NCBI GenBank assembly: GCA_002441305.1
Contig: DJVT01000005.1
Span: 11,704-75,703, forward strand
Length of the DNA: 64,000 nt
Reading direction: 5' to 3'
Origin: Candidatus Omnitrophica bacterium UBA6249
Lineage (GTDB): Bacteria > Omnitrophota > Gorgyraeia > Gygaellales > Profunditerraquicolaceae
Position 1 is the stretch's first letter. Each line of letters begins with the position of its first letter. The position numbers and the translations under genes are program-made. Positions 28,305 through 37,615 of the stretch are shown here, piece by piece. A model generated the notes under the pieces. The model searched no databases, had not been told where the DNA came from, and saw nothing but the letters and a program-made list of their open reading frames with translations.

Positions 28305-29075
28305 TTACCAAACCAGCTCTTCTCCCGAAAAAACCGGCCCTTCTTTACAAACCCTTTTATATCCGTTTTTCGTATTCACCACGCAGCCTAAACAGGCCCC
28401 GATACCACAGGCCATATGCTCTTCAAGGGAAAGCTGGCTCCCGATACTATTATCGCGCGCCATATTGGCGACTGCTTTAAGCATAGGATCAGGGCCGCAG
28501 GCAAATATTTGTGAAAATCCGCCCTGTCCGAGGCAGGACTCCAGCAAGCCGGTCACCTTGCCCTTAAATCCTGCGGAGCCGTCATCCGTAGCTATCTTCA
28601 CGGAACAACCCGCGTCCTTGAACTCCCTGAGACAAACAACCTGCGCCTTTGTCCTTGCGCCGATAAGCACCAGGGGCTCAATCGTTTTTAACCGCTTGGC
28701 CAAAAAAACCAGCGGGGCAACGCCCATCCCCCCGGCAACCAGAACAATCCTGTTTTTTTTATTCAGCCCGTCGCAGGCGAAACCATTTCCCAATGGCCCG
28801 ATAACATCCAGGAGACTCCCGCGCGCCCTTTCCGAAAGCATGCGCGTACCTCTGCCCACTGTTTCATAAAACAGGCTTATCCCCGCCTTATGCGCATCAT
28901 GAATGCTTATCGGCCTCCTCAACAACGGCTCCGCCCCCTCACCCACTCTGATTTCTACAAACTGACCGGGGCAGGCCTTTCCGGCTATCTCTGCGCATTC
29001 AAGCCTTAAGAGCCAATAATTATTTTTTACCCTCTCATTGGAGACTATTTTAGCTTTTAGCTGTGTTATTGCCAT
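28305..29075 (-). CDS. pyrK: dihydroorotate dehydrogenase electron-transfer subunit (FAD/2Fe-2S)
   Basis: RRPISI FAD motif, VAGGMGVAP NAD-fold, and C-terminal CGIGACLGC..C 2Fe-2S ligands. Confidence 0.85.
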   Translation of the reverse strand: MAITQLKAKIVSNERVKNNYWLLRLECAEIAGKACPGQFVEIRVGEGAEPLLRRPISIHDAHKAGISLFYETVGRGTRMLSERARGSLLDVIGPLGNGFACDGLNKKNRIVLVAGGMGVAPLVFLAKRLKTIEPLVLIGARTKAQVVCLREFKDAGCSVKIATDDGSAGFKGKVTGLLESCLGQGGFSQIFACGPDPMLKAVANMARDNSIGSQLSLEEHMACGIGACLGCVVNTKNGYKRVCKEGPVFSGEELVW

Positions 29076-29757
29076 TTTTTTTATTCGTCCAGACGCTAAG
29101 CAGGACTACAAAAATTATGAATAGAACAAACGTCAGAAACAGCCATGCAGATTGACAAAGATACGTCCAAAGGCCTTCCCTTGCAACATCTTCCCATGAT
29201 TCCACCAGCAATGTCAGAAAAAGAAGCGCCAGGATCGAACCGATCTCCTTTTTGAACCAAGACAACTTCATGGGGAGATACTCGCTTATATCCAGGCGGA
29301 TCAACGAAGAAAACGACGGGATAATCCTCGGCACGCGCCTGCAGTAATCCTTATACGACCCGGGGAAGAGAAGCAAAAGTTTCTTTTCTTCGTTGAATAT
29401 GAGCATTATATAACGGATGGCGAAAATTATTATGAATATCAAAACCGCCCACCATTTAAAAACCGCAAGCACCACTCCCAGCCCGATCAGGAATATGCCC
29501 AGATACATGGGGTTGCGCACGACCTGATACGGGCCTCCCTGGATCAATGCCTGGCTTTCACGGGAATTCTCCGCTTTATACCCGCGGGCAGAAACACGGA
29601 TAATCTGGCCCAAAAGTATGAGCGCGAATCCCAAAAGCTCTACATACTCCTCTATTCCCCCAGGAGGATTGTTGCGGAAAAATATCCCCGGGAAAAATAC
29701 GACCAATATAGTTGCAAAAGCCATAATTATTCCGTTTATCTTCAGGCGTTTCTTCAT
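29050..29757 (-). CDS. isoprenylcysteine carboxyl methyltransferase (ICMT)/phospholipid methyltransferase family membrane protein
   Basis: GPYQVVRNPMYLGIFLIGLG and EEKKLLLLFPGSYKDYCRRVPR are the family core. There are extra C-terminal TM helices. Confidence 0.7.
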   Translation of the reverse strand: MKKRLKINGIIMAFATILVVFFPGIFFRNNPPGGIEEYVELLGFALILLGQIIRVSARGYKAENSRESQALIQGGPYQVVRNPMYLGIFLIGLGVVLAVFKWWAVLIFIIIFAIRYIMLIFNEEKKLLLLFPGSYKDYCRRVPRIIPSFSSLIRLDISEYLPMKLSWFKKEIGSILALLFLTLLVESWEDVAREGLWTYLCQSAWLFLTFVLFIIFVVLLSVWTNKKNGNNTAKS

Positions 29758-29760
29758 CTT

Positions 29761-30582
29761 TTACCTCTGGCAGTTTGGGCAGAAATAAGTCCCTCTGCCG
29801 CTTTGATTTCTTCTTTCGATCGGAGTTTTGCAGACAAAACAAGGCTTGTTCTCCCTGCCGTAAACACGGTGAAACCTGACATAATCCCCCGGCTTGCCGG
29901 AAAGCCGCACATAATCATCTATCGAGGACCCCCCGTGTTTTATGGCGCTGGAAAGCACCTTTTTCGTCTCTTTATAAAGACAGTTCTTTTCTTTCTCGCT
30001 CAAACTTTGCGCCTGCCTCCATGGGTTTATCCTGGAGCGGAAAAGAATCTCCGCGGCGTAAAGGTTACCGATCCCGGAAATAAAACTTTGATCCATAAGC
30101 AAAGGCTTGATCTTGGTCTTCTTCTTAGAAAGCATCTCTTTGAACCGTCCGGCTGTCAGGTCAAACGGTTCGGGCCCGAGATTACGGATAAAGCGCACGT
30201 TATTTAAACTGTCCACCAGGCGCAATTCTCCGAACATCCGCTGGTCGTTAAAATTCAACATCTTCCCTCCGGACAAATGGAAACCTACCCTGCTGTCTTT
30301 GGAAAGGGCGGATCCACCCTTTGCTTCGCTGGAAAGCACCAGCTGCCCGGTCATTTTCAGGTGCACGGTCAGGAAAGTGCTGTTCGACAGCTCAAATACC
30401 AAAAGTTTTCCACGGCGCATAACTTTTTTGATGGAGAGGCCGCGCAGTTTTTTTTGGAACGCGGCAGAAGAAGGCTCGCGTACAACAGAAGGATTATACA
30501 CGCACACTTTAGCGATCCTTCTGCCGGCAACCTTATTCTGCAGCTCTTTCCTAATTGTTTCTACTTCGGGTAACTCTGGCAT
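29761..30582 (-). CDS. mutM: formamidopyrimidine-DNA glycosylase
   Basis: N-terminus MPELPEVE, H2TH GIGNLYAAEILF, C-terminal zinc finger CFVCKTPIER..GRGTYFCPNCQ. Confidence 0.9.
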   Translation of the reverse strand: MPELPEVETIRKELQNKVAGRRIAKVCVYNPSVVREPSSAAFQKKLRGLSIKKVMRRGKLLVFELSNSTFLTVHLKMTGQLVLSSEAKGGSALSKDSRVGFHLSGGKMLNFNDQRMFGELRLVDSLNNVRFIRNLGPEPFDLTAGRFKEMLSKKKTKIKPLLMDQSFISGIGNLYAAEILFRSRINPWRQAQSLSEKEKNCLYKETKKVLSSAIKHGGSSIDDYVRLSGKPGDYVRFHRVYGRENKPCFVCKTPIERRNQSGRGTYFCPNCQR

Positions 30583-32176
30583 GTCCGGTTTTTTTATTCT
30601 TTTTCATATCTCTATGGTACTCTTGCAATGACTTGACCTTTAACACTTTCTTCATAAAAGTATCGATTCCGCTCACTGTCGCCTGGGCACCAAAAATCGT
30701 AGTAGTGTAAGGTATGTTATACAGAATAACCTGAGAGCGTATCTTTACCTCGTCCTGCCGGGGGATCCTGCCGGAGGGGGTATTAATAACCATTTGTATC
30801 TTGCCGTCTTTCATCAGGTCTAAAATATTCGGCCTGCCTTCGCTGATTTTCGGCAGCACTTTGGCCGGGATGCCGTTTTTACCCAAAACCGAGGCTGTAC
30901 CGCTGGAGGCGTAAATACCGAAACCGAGATCTTTTAATTCCCGGGCAACGGAAATTACGCTTTTCTTATCCCTGTCGTGCACGGAGATAAATACATTGCC
31001 TTTCTTAGGTATCTTTTGCCCCGCGGCAATCTGGCTTTTAAGATAAGCGCTGGAAAAATCCGTATCGATACCCATTACCTCTCCCGTAGATTTCATCTCG
31101 GGGCCCAGCATTACATCTATTCCGGGAAAACGGTTAAAAGGAAAAACCGACTCTTTGACCGCCACATGGGACGGAACCGGCTCCTTCGTGAAACCCAAAT
31201 CCTTCAGCTTTCTGCCCAGCATAACCTTTGTAGCCATCTTTGCCAAAGGTTCCCCGATAACCTTGGAAACAAAAGGAACCGTACGCGATGCGCGGGGATT
31301 GACTTCCAAGACATACACCTTGGAATCTTTTACCGCATACTGCACGTTCATCAAACCGATTATATTAAGTTCCCTGGCCAGAGAATAAGTGGCCTCCCTT
31401 ATTTTTCTCAATATCTCGGGAGAAAGGGTATAAGACGGCAGGGACATCGCCGCATCTCCTGAATGCACCCCCGCCTGCTCAATGTGCTCCATGATCCCGC
31501 CAATGACAAAAGTTTCTCCGTCGCCGATCAAATCCACATCGACTTCAATGGCGTCTTCCAGGAATTTATCTATCAATATGGGATGTTCACCGGAAGCCTT
31601 TGCGGCCTCATTGATAAACCTTTCCAGCACCTCCAAATCGTAGACTATTTCCATGGCCCGGCCGCCCAAGACATACGATGGTCTGACCAGCACCGGGTAA
31701 CCTATGCTGCCGGCTACTTTTTTAGCTTCGTCGAAAGTAAAAACCGTTCCGCTATTAGGCTGCAACAACCCAAGCTTATCGATCATCTGCTTAAAACGTT
31801 TCCTATCCTCGGCTATATCTATGCTTTCTGAACTGGTGCCCAAAACATTGACTCCCGCCCGGCGCAGGGCTACGGCCAGATTAATCGGGGTCTGCCCTCC
31901 GAATTGTACGATAACCCCCAAGGGCTGTTCTTTGTTTATAATATTCATAATGTCTTCGAACGTAAGCGGCTCAAAATAAAGCTTGTCGGAGGTATCGTAA
32001 TCGGTAGAGACCGTCTCCGGGTTACAATTAACCATAATGCTGCTTATGCCTTCTTCCTTCAAGGCATAGGCAGCGTGACAACAGCAATAATCAAACTCTA
32101 TGCCCTGCCCGATCCTGTTTGGGCCGCCTCCGAGAATTATTACACTCTTAACCTGGCCGGACATTTGATTCTTCAT
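30551..32176 (-). CDS. carB: carbamoyl-phosphate synthase large subunit, C-terminal half only (second ATP-grasp + MGS-like allosteric domain)
   Basis: 541 aa starting VIILGGGPNRIGQGIEFDYCCCHA..IMVNCNPETVSTDYDTSDKLYFEPLT. This matches the second repeat of CarB (about E. coli residue 555 onward). No N-half or carA is in the window. Confidence 0.85.
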   Translation of the reverse strand: MKNQMSGQVKSVIILGGGPNRIGQGIEFDYCCCHAAYALKEEGISSIMVNCNPETVSTDYDTSDKLYFEPLTFEDIMNIINKEQPLGVIVQFGGQTPINLAVALRRAGVNVLGTSSESIDIAEDRKRFKQMIDKLGLLQPNSGTVFTFDEAKKVAGSIGYPVLVRPSYVLGGRAMEIVYDLEVLERFINEAAKASGEHPILIDKFLEDAIEVDVDLIGDGETFVIGGIMEHIEQAGVHSGDAAMSLPSYTLSPEILRKIREATYSLARELNIIGLMNVQYAVKDSKVYVLEVNPRASRTVPFVSKVIGEPLAKMATKVMLGRKLKDLGFTKEPVPSHVAVKESVFPFNRFPGIDVMLGPEMKSTGEVMGIDTDFSSAYLKSQIAAGQKIPKKGNVFISVHDRDKKSVISVARELKDLGFGIYASSGTASVLGKNGIPAKVLPKISEGRPNILDLMKDGKIQMVINTPSGRIPRQDEVKIRSQVILYNIPYTTTIFGAQATVSGIDTFMKKVLKVKSLQEYHRDMKKNKKTGHARVTRSRNN

Positions 32177-32196
32177 CAGTATCTCCTTAAAAATAT

Positions 32197-32646
32197 TTAT
32201 CCCAGTATTTTTTTAACTTTATCAATCGCTGCGTCTACTGTATTCAGCTTTATAGCCCCGGGGACATCCCAAGCGCCTAAAGTAATTACCGGAATCCCGA
32301 ATTGTATGCAATAAGCAATCTCCGAAAGAGTGCCGGCTTTCCCCGGAAGGGCAATTACCACATCCGCTGACTTAACCACTAAAACGTTTCTAGCCAGCCC
32401 TAAACCGGTAGGTATAACAATATCTATAAATTTATTGGCATCTTTTTTGCTATAACCAGGTATTATGCCTATAGTTAAGCCTTTCCCTTCTTTAAAACCG
32501 GCATTAACAGCCTCCATTACTCCACTTAAGCCGCCTGAAACTAATATATCCACCACTTTACTAAGTTTTTTGCCTAAATTCCTGGCTAACTGTTCCACTT
32601 TATCCGTACAGTTATGACCACCAATGACACTGACTATTTTTTTCAT
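32197..32646 (-). CDS. LOG/TIGR00725-type Rossmann-fold nucleotide-binding protein
   Basis: VSGGLSGVMEAVNAGF and ALPGKAGTLSEI (the PGGxGTxxE-like motif). Confidence 0.65.
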   Translation of the reverse strand: MKKIVSVIGGHNCTDKVEQLARNLGKKLSKVVDILVSGGLSGVMEAVNAGFKEGKGLTIGIIPGYSKKDANKFIDIVIPTGLGLARNVLVVKSADVVIALPGKAGTLSEIAYCIQFGIPVITLGAWDVPGAIKLNTVDAAIDKVKKILG

Positions 32647-32678
32647 TTATTGCCCATAATAAACTACTTATTTTTTAC

Positions 32679-32750
32679 TGCGCCTGGCAGGAATTGAACC
32701 TGCATCACCAGCTCCGGAGGCTGGTGCCTTATCCGTTGGGCCACAGGCGC
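32679..32750 (-). tRNA. tRNA-Arg (CCG), CCA not encoded
   Basis: Acceptor GCGCCTG/CAGGCGC, anticodon arm CCAGC-CTCCGGA-GCTGG, T-arm GCAGG-TTCAATT-CCTGC. Confidence 0.85.
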
Positions 32751-32754
32751 CCTA

Positions 32755-33993
32755 TTAAAATAACTTAAGTTGTTCCTCGTGCTTTTCTCCCGGGGAGTCT
32801 TTGTCGAAAAGGGAAATTATGCCGTACTCGCCGTCGTATCCAGGTTGTATGCTGACCTTTCCTTTGCGGGCTTTCATTATTCCTTCAACCACTTTATGCG
32901 GCAGCCTTTTAAGCAGCTCTTCCTCGGAGGCGCGCATAAGTATGTCAAATTCGGTACCGAAGCTTGCCAGATATCCCCTGTAATCTCGCTCCACCCCCAC
33001 ACTGGTCTTAGCAACTCCTCTTACTTCTGCAATTATCTGGTCGAGCGAAATAAGATTTTTAAAGGGGATCGCATTGGGGGGCACAAACCCTTCTTCCCGG
33101 TCGGCCAAAGCCTCGACCCTGCTTGACACTCCTACGGTTACTTTCTTCCCGCACTTAGGACACTTGCCGTTATACTGCTTGGTTTCCTGGGGAGACCAGC
33201 GAATCCCACAAAGCCTGTGCCCATCATAATGATATTTCCCCTCTTCAGGGAAGAATTCTATAGTATAGAGAAATCTCTTCTTGTCCTTCGTTTTTAAAAC
33301 TTCTCTTATGGTTCTATAATCGAGATCGCAGTTGAACACATTGGCCTCCCGGCCGATCCTCGAAGGAGAATGCGAGTCGCTGTTGGAAATCAAAGTAAAC
33401 CTGTCCAAGGCGCTCAGGCGCCAGTTCATCGTAGGATCGCTTGACAACCCCGTTTCCAGAGCGAAAATCTTATCAGTCTGCTTGCCAAAACAATCCTCAA
33501 TCCTGTCAAACCCTGACATTGAACCAAATACGGAAAACCAGGGAGTCCAAATATGCCCGGGGACAATCATGCAGTTTTCGTCGATATCGAACACTATACG
33601 TGCCAGGTCTTCGGCATCAAGACCCAGTATCGGCCTCCCATCGCTGGACAGATTGCCCAGCCTGCCCAACCTTTCATTTATTTTATCCACCACCTGGAAA
33701 GAAGGGCTGAAAATCAGATTGTGGATACGATACGTCCGGCCGTTCTTCGAATAGATACTGCTTACCTCGGCAGTAAGCATAAAATACACTCCAGCGTGCT
33801 TATACAAGCCATTCCCGCAGTCTTCAAGAGAATGCTTTAATTCCTCCAGCCAAAGATGATGAGTAAAATCACCTGTACCCATAAGAGCGACTCCCTTCAA
33901 TTTCGCCCATTCTGCCAGGTGTTTAACATCCATATCCCGGCTGGTTGCCCGGGAATACTTTGAATGAATATGCAAATCTGCAATAAATTCCAT
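32755..33993 (-). CDS. PHP-domain endonuclease Q-like protein (TIGR00375-type)
   Basis: N-terminus MEFIADLHIHSKYSRATS..LMGTGDFTH, SNSDSHS, and zinc ribbon CPKCGKK. This is collinear with archaeal/Bacillus EndoQ as I recall it. Confidence 0.7.
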   Translation of the reverse strand: MEFIADLHIHSKYSRATSRDMDVKHLAEWAKLKGVALMGTGDFTHHLWLEELKHSLEDCGNGLYKHAGVYFMLTAEVSSIYSKNGRTYRIHNLIFSPSFQVVDKINERLGRLGNLSSDGRPILGLDAEDLARIVFDIDENCMIVPGHIWTPWFSVFGSMSGFDRIEDCFGKQTDKIFALETGLSSDPTMNWRLSALDRFTLISNSDSHSPSRIGREANVFNCDLDYRTIREVLKTKDKKRFLYTIEFFPEEGKYHYDGHRLCGIRWSPQETKQYNGKCPKCGKKVTVGVSSRVEALADREEGFVPPNAIPFKNLISLDQIIAEVRGVAKTSVGVERDYRGYLASFGTEFDILMRASEEELLKRLPHKVVEGIMKARKGKVSIQPGYDGEYGIISLFDKDSPGEKHEEQLKLF

Positions 33994-33995
33994 AT

Positions 33996-35270
33996 CTACG
34001 CCTTAAAAACAAGCTTACCGTTACAAATCGTATACTCTACCAACCCCTTCACCTTTCTTCCTATAAAAGGAGAGTTTTTCGATTTTGAAACAATATTCTT
34101 TTTTTCGAGAACGAATTCCTTGCCCGCGTCTACGATCATTATATCCGCATCTGCCCCAACACTCAAGGTTCCTTTATTTATCCCCAAGATTCTCGAGGGA
34201 TTCAAGGCTGCTTTTTGAATAAACTCCGGCCAGGTCAAGACTGACTGATCGATCAATTCCACGACGCTTGCGGCCAAACCGGACTCAAGTCCGATCTTAC
34301 CGAAAGCGGCGCGCTCAAATTCAATATCCTTTTCGTTTTCGGTATGCGGGGCGTGATCGGAAGCGATAGCATCGATAATGCCGTCTTTCAACCCTTTCTT
34401 GACCTCCTTAAGATCCTCCGGACTTCTCAACGGAGGGTTCATTTTCATGTTAGTATCATACCCCAAGAGGGCCTCATCCGTAAAGGAAAAGTAATGCGGG
34501 GCGGTTTCACAAGTAACCCTGATCCCTTTTTTCTTGGCTTCGGCAATTATCTCTATGGATTGCCGGCAGCTTACGTGGGCAATATGCACCGGCACGCCAG
34601 CCTTACCTGCCAGATCGATGTCCCGCGCGATTCTCTTGTATTCCGATTCGTTGGATATCCCGCGCAGCCCCAGGCGCGTAGAATTAAAGCCAAGGTTGAT
34701 TACTCCTTTTCCGGAAAGAGCTTTATCTTCGCAATGGCATATGGTCAAAATGCCTGCCCTTCCCGCTTCTTCAAGCGCCCGAAACATCAATTTATCGTCA
34801 TCGACCGAATCTCCGTCGTCGCTTAAAGCGCAAACCCCGCTCTTTTTCAATTCCTCAATGCCGCTTAACTCTTTACCCAGGCGATCCCGGGTAATCGTCC
34901 CGCATATGAATACATTGATCTTTGCCGTCCTTTTTATTATTTCTTTCAACAACCCAACGTGTTCCGGACAATCCATTGCCGGGATGGTATTGGGCATAGC
35001 TAAAACAGAAGTTACCCCGCCTTTTGCCGCGGCATGCGTGCCCGTAGCCACAGTTTCCTTATCTTCCCTGCCCGGCTCACGCAAATGCACATGCATATCG
35101 ACCATCCCCGGGGCAACGATTTTGCCCGAAGCGTCGATCACGGAATCCGCCTGAATATCGATATTCGCGGCAACTCTCGATATCTTCCCGCCATCGACAA
35201 GAATATCCATCGGCGCGTCGATCTTATTCGCCGGATCAACCACTCTTCCGCCTTTAATCAATATCGCCAT
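33996..35270 (-). CDS. pyrC: dihydroorotase
   Basis: DMHVHLREPG, SDHAPH, and a size and layout typical of class I DHOase. Confidence 0.9.
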   Translation of the reverse strand: MAILIKGGRVVDPANKIDAPMDILVDGGKISRVAANIDIQADSVIDASGKIVAPGMVDMHVHLREPGREDKETVATGTHAAAKGGVTSVLAMPNTIPAMDCPEHVGLLKEIIKRTAKINVFICGTITRDRLGKELSGIEELKKSGVCALSDDGDSVDDDKLMFRALEEAGRAGILTICHCEDKALSGKGVINLGFNSTRLGLRGISNESEYKRIARDIDLAGKAGVPVHIAHVSCRQSIEIIAEAKKKGIRVTCETAPHYFSFTDEALLGYDTNMKMNPPLRSPEDLKEVKKGLKDGIIDAIASDHAPHTENEKDIEFERAAFGKIGLESGLAASVVELIDQSVLTWPEFIQKAALNPSRILGINKGTLSVGADADIMIVDAGKEFVLEKKNIVSKSKNSPFIGRKVKGLVEYTICNGKLVFKA

Positions 35271-36204
35271 TTTTTATTTTTTCCCTTGCCTGCGCCACCA
35301 GGAACAACACCGCCATACGCACAGCTATGCCGTTAGTGACTTGTTCGAGAATCACTGAATTGTCCCCGTCTGCAACCCCGCTGGACATTTCAATCCCGCG
35401 GTTAATCGGCCCGGGGTGCATGACAATAATTCCCTTTTGCGCCCTATCCAGCCTCTCCTCAGTAATCCCAAACTTCTTATAATAATCCAGTTGTTCGGGG
35501 AACGCCGCATTTTCATCCCGCTCAAACTGCATCCTTAACACGTTCACTGCATCCGCATCTTTCAAGGCTTTGTCTATATCGCTTGTTGCCTTTACCTTCA
35601 TTTTCTCTATCTCGGCCGGAAGGAGCAGCTCCGGAGCGCATACAGTAACGCTGGCCCCAAGCTTGGTTAACCCCCAAATATTGGAACGCGCCACGCGGGA
35701 ATGCGCTATATCCCCTACTATAGTAACCTTTAAACCTGCAATTTTACCCAACTTCTCCCTCAAGGTAAATATATCCAACAACGCCTGAGTAGGATGCTCG
35801 TGCCACCCGTCCCCCGCATTAACCACGCTGATATCCAGGGCCCGGGCCAGCATATTCGCCGCTCCGGAACAACTATGCCGGACTATTACGATGTCGGCCT
35901 TCAGCGCCTGGATATTTTTCCCGGTATCGATCAGGGTTTCGCCCTTGCGTACGCTTGAGGTATCGGTGGCAATATTGATCACGTCGGCGGAAAGTCTTTT
36001 GGCTGCCACCTCAAAAGATATGCGCGTGCGGGTAGACGGTTCGTAAAAAAGGTTTACTGCGGTTTTTCCCCGTAAAGCGGGGACCTTCTTGATTTCCCGG
36101 CTGGAGACCTCTTTAAAAGATTCCGCCGTATCGAGTATCAGGAGAATTTCTTCCTGCGTGAGATACTCTAGTCCCAAAAGATCTTTTTTTGACCAAAACA
36201 TCAT
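35254..36204 (-). CDS. pyrB: aspartate carbamoyltransferase catalytic subunit
   Basis: STRTR, HEHPTQ, HPGP motifs. Confidence 0.9.
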   Translation of the reverse strand: MMFWSKKDLLGLEYLTQEEILLILDTAESFKEVSSREIKKVPALRGKTAVNLFYEPSTRTRISFEVAAKRLSADVINIATDTSSVRKGETLIDTGKNIQALKADIVIVRHSCSGAANMLARALDISVVNAGDGWHEHPTQALLDIFTLREKLGKIAGLKVTIVGDIAHSRVARSNIWGLTKLGASVTVCAPELLLPAEIEKMKVKATSDIDKALKDADAVNVLRMQFERDENAAFPEQLDYYKKFGITEERLDRAQKGIIVMHPGPINRGIEMSSGVADGDNSVILEQVTNGIAVRMAVLFLVAQAREKIKNGDID

Positions 36205-36737
36205 TCTTTCCCCGCAATCAATACTTCATCGCTGCCGTCAGCCTCTTCAAGATGAACCTCTACCGCCTCCTGGCTGGAAGTCGGTATATTTTTACCTACA
36301 AAATCCGCCCGGATAGGCAGCTCGCGGTGCCCGCGGTCGATTAAAACCGCCAGCTGTATGGACTTGGGCCTTCCAAAGTCGTTTAACGCATCCAAAGCCG
36401 CCCTGATCGTCCTCCCTGTATAAAGCACATCATCAACCAAAACCAGTTTTCTGTCATTCAGGTCAAAATCTATCTCCGTCTTGCGCACCAGCGGCTGCCC
36501 TGAAGCCATAGCCAAATCATCCCGATAAAGAGTGATATCCAGCGTTCCGCAGGGAATATCTTTATTTTCAATCTTCTTTATATTGTCCGAAAGGCGTTTT
36601 GCCAGATGCACGCCCCGATTTCTTATTCCCACCAGGCATAACTCTGCGATACCCTTGTTTTTTTCGATAATTTCATGGGCTATGCGCATAATCGAACGGT
36701 TGATCGCTTCTTTATCCAGTATTTTCACTTTCTTCAC
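36201..36737 (-). CDS. pyrR: bifunctional pyr-operon attenuation protein / uracil phosphoribosyltransferase PyrR
   Basis: [22 protein letters not shown] and the PRPP loop [13 protein letters not shown]. The track start (TTG 36761) runs through a strong SD, GGGAGGGGAG. I prefer GTG at 36735-36737, 7 nt after that SD, which gives a 178-aa protein. Confidence 0.85.
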   Translation of the reverse strand: MKKVKILDKEAINRSIMRIAHEIIEKNKGIAELCLVGIRNRGVHLAKRLSDNIKKIENKDIPCGTLDITLYRDDLAMASGQPLVRKTEIDFDLNDRKLVLVDDVLYTGRTIRAALDALNDFGRPKSIQLAVLIDRGHRELPIRADFVGKNIPTSSQEAVEVHLEEADGSDEVLIAGKE

Positions 36738-36779
36738 AATCTCTCCCCTCCCAATCAACAAATTATAACAAGCCGGGAC

Positions 36780-36812
36780 AAAAAAATACCCCTGGTTTTG
36801 TTAACCAAGGGC
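36780..36812 (-). terminator. intrinsic terminator (attenuator) in pyrR leader
   Basis: Minus strand GCCCTTGGTT-AACAA-AACCAGGGG followed by TATTTTTTT. It lies between the promoter and the pyrR start. Confidence 0.6.
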
Positions 36813-36845
36813 TACAATTGTTTGTTTTATGATTTTATTCATTTT

Positions 36846-36872
36846 CCCGCCTTACCAGCTTCTCTGAGCTAG
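36846..36872 (-). promoter_or_regulatory. candidate PyrR-binding RNA hairpin
   Basis: The RNA reads CUAGCUCAGAGAAGCUGGUAAGGCGGG. Its AGCUCAGAGAAGCU core matches the Bacillus binding-loop consensus ARUCCAGAGAGGYU at 11 of 14 positions. Confidence 0.45.
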
Positions 36873-36891
36873 TTTTAAAGGTTGTTAAATT

Positions 36892-36919
36892 AGTATACCA
36901 CAAAACCATTGCATGTCAA
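36892..36919 (-). promoter_or_regulatory. sigma70-type promoter of pyr operon
   Basis: Minus strand TTGACA-16 nt-TATACT. Confidence 0.55.
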
Positions 36920-36961
36920 GAAAAATGGGCAGGCTGGGCCAAACAATCTTCTAAATCAACG

Positions 36962-37615
36962 TCAAACTACAACCACAAATTCGCCGCGGGGCTTGCTCTT
37001 CGAAAGTTGTTTTTGAAGAATTGCGGGACTGGCGCGCAGGATTTCTTCAAATTTTTTGGTCAGCTCTCGTACAAGAACTATATCCTTGTCCCCAAAAACA
37101 ACTGCCAGGTCGTCAAGACAAGAAAGGATTCTATGGCAGGATTCATAGAAAACCAGGGTACAACCGAAAAGTTTTAATTTTTCCAGCCTGTTCCTGCGCG
37201 CGACAGTGCGGTTAGGAAGAAAACCGGCAAAATAAAACTCGTGGCACGGTTTCCCGGAAAGCACCAGGGCTCCGATAAAAGCAGCGGCCCCCGGAATAAA
37301 AGTTATTTCAAGATTGTTTTGTATCGCTAAATTAATAAGGTTATACCCGGGATCCAGGATTCCGGGCACTCCTGCATCGGAAACCAAAGCGACATTTTTC
37401 CCCAATTTCAACAACCCTATAATATAATCCGCCTTTGTAAGCCTGTTGTGCTGAAAAAAACTGGTAGTCGGCTTATCGATTGCATACCGGGCAAGAAGAA
37501 TACTGGTATGCCGGGTATCTTCGCAGGCGATCAAGTCAACGTTTTTTAAGACTTCCACCGCCCTGAAAGATATATCTTGTAAGTTTCCGATCGGGGTGCT
37601 GACGATATAAAGCAT
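36962..37615 (-). CDS. rsmI: 16S rRNA (cytidine1402-2'-O)-methyltransferase
   Basis: MLYIVSTPIGNLQDISFRAVEVLKNVDLIACEDTRHT is the tetrapyrrole-methylase-fold RsmI N-terminus. Confidence 0.8.
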   Translation of the reverse strand: MLYIVSTPIGNLQDISFRAVEVLKNVDLIACEDTRHTSILLARYAIDKPTTSFFQHNRLTKADYIIGLLKLGKNVALVSDAGVPGILDPGYNLINLAIQNNLEITFIPGAAAFIGALVLSGKPCHEFYFAGFLPNRTVARRNRLEKLKLFGCTLVFYESCHRILSCLDDLAVVFGDKDIVLVRELTKKFEEILRASPAILQKQLSKSKPRGEFVVVV

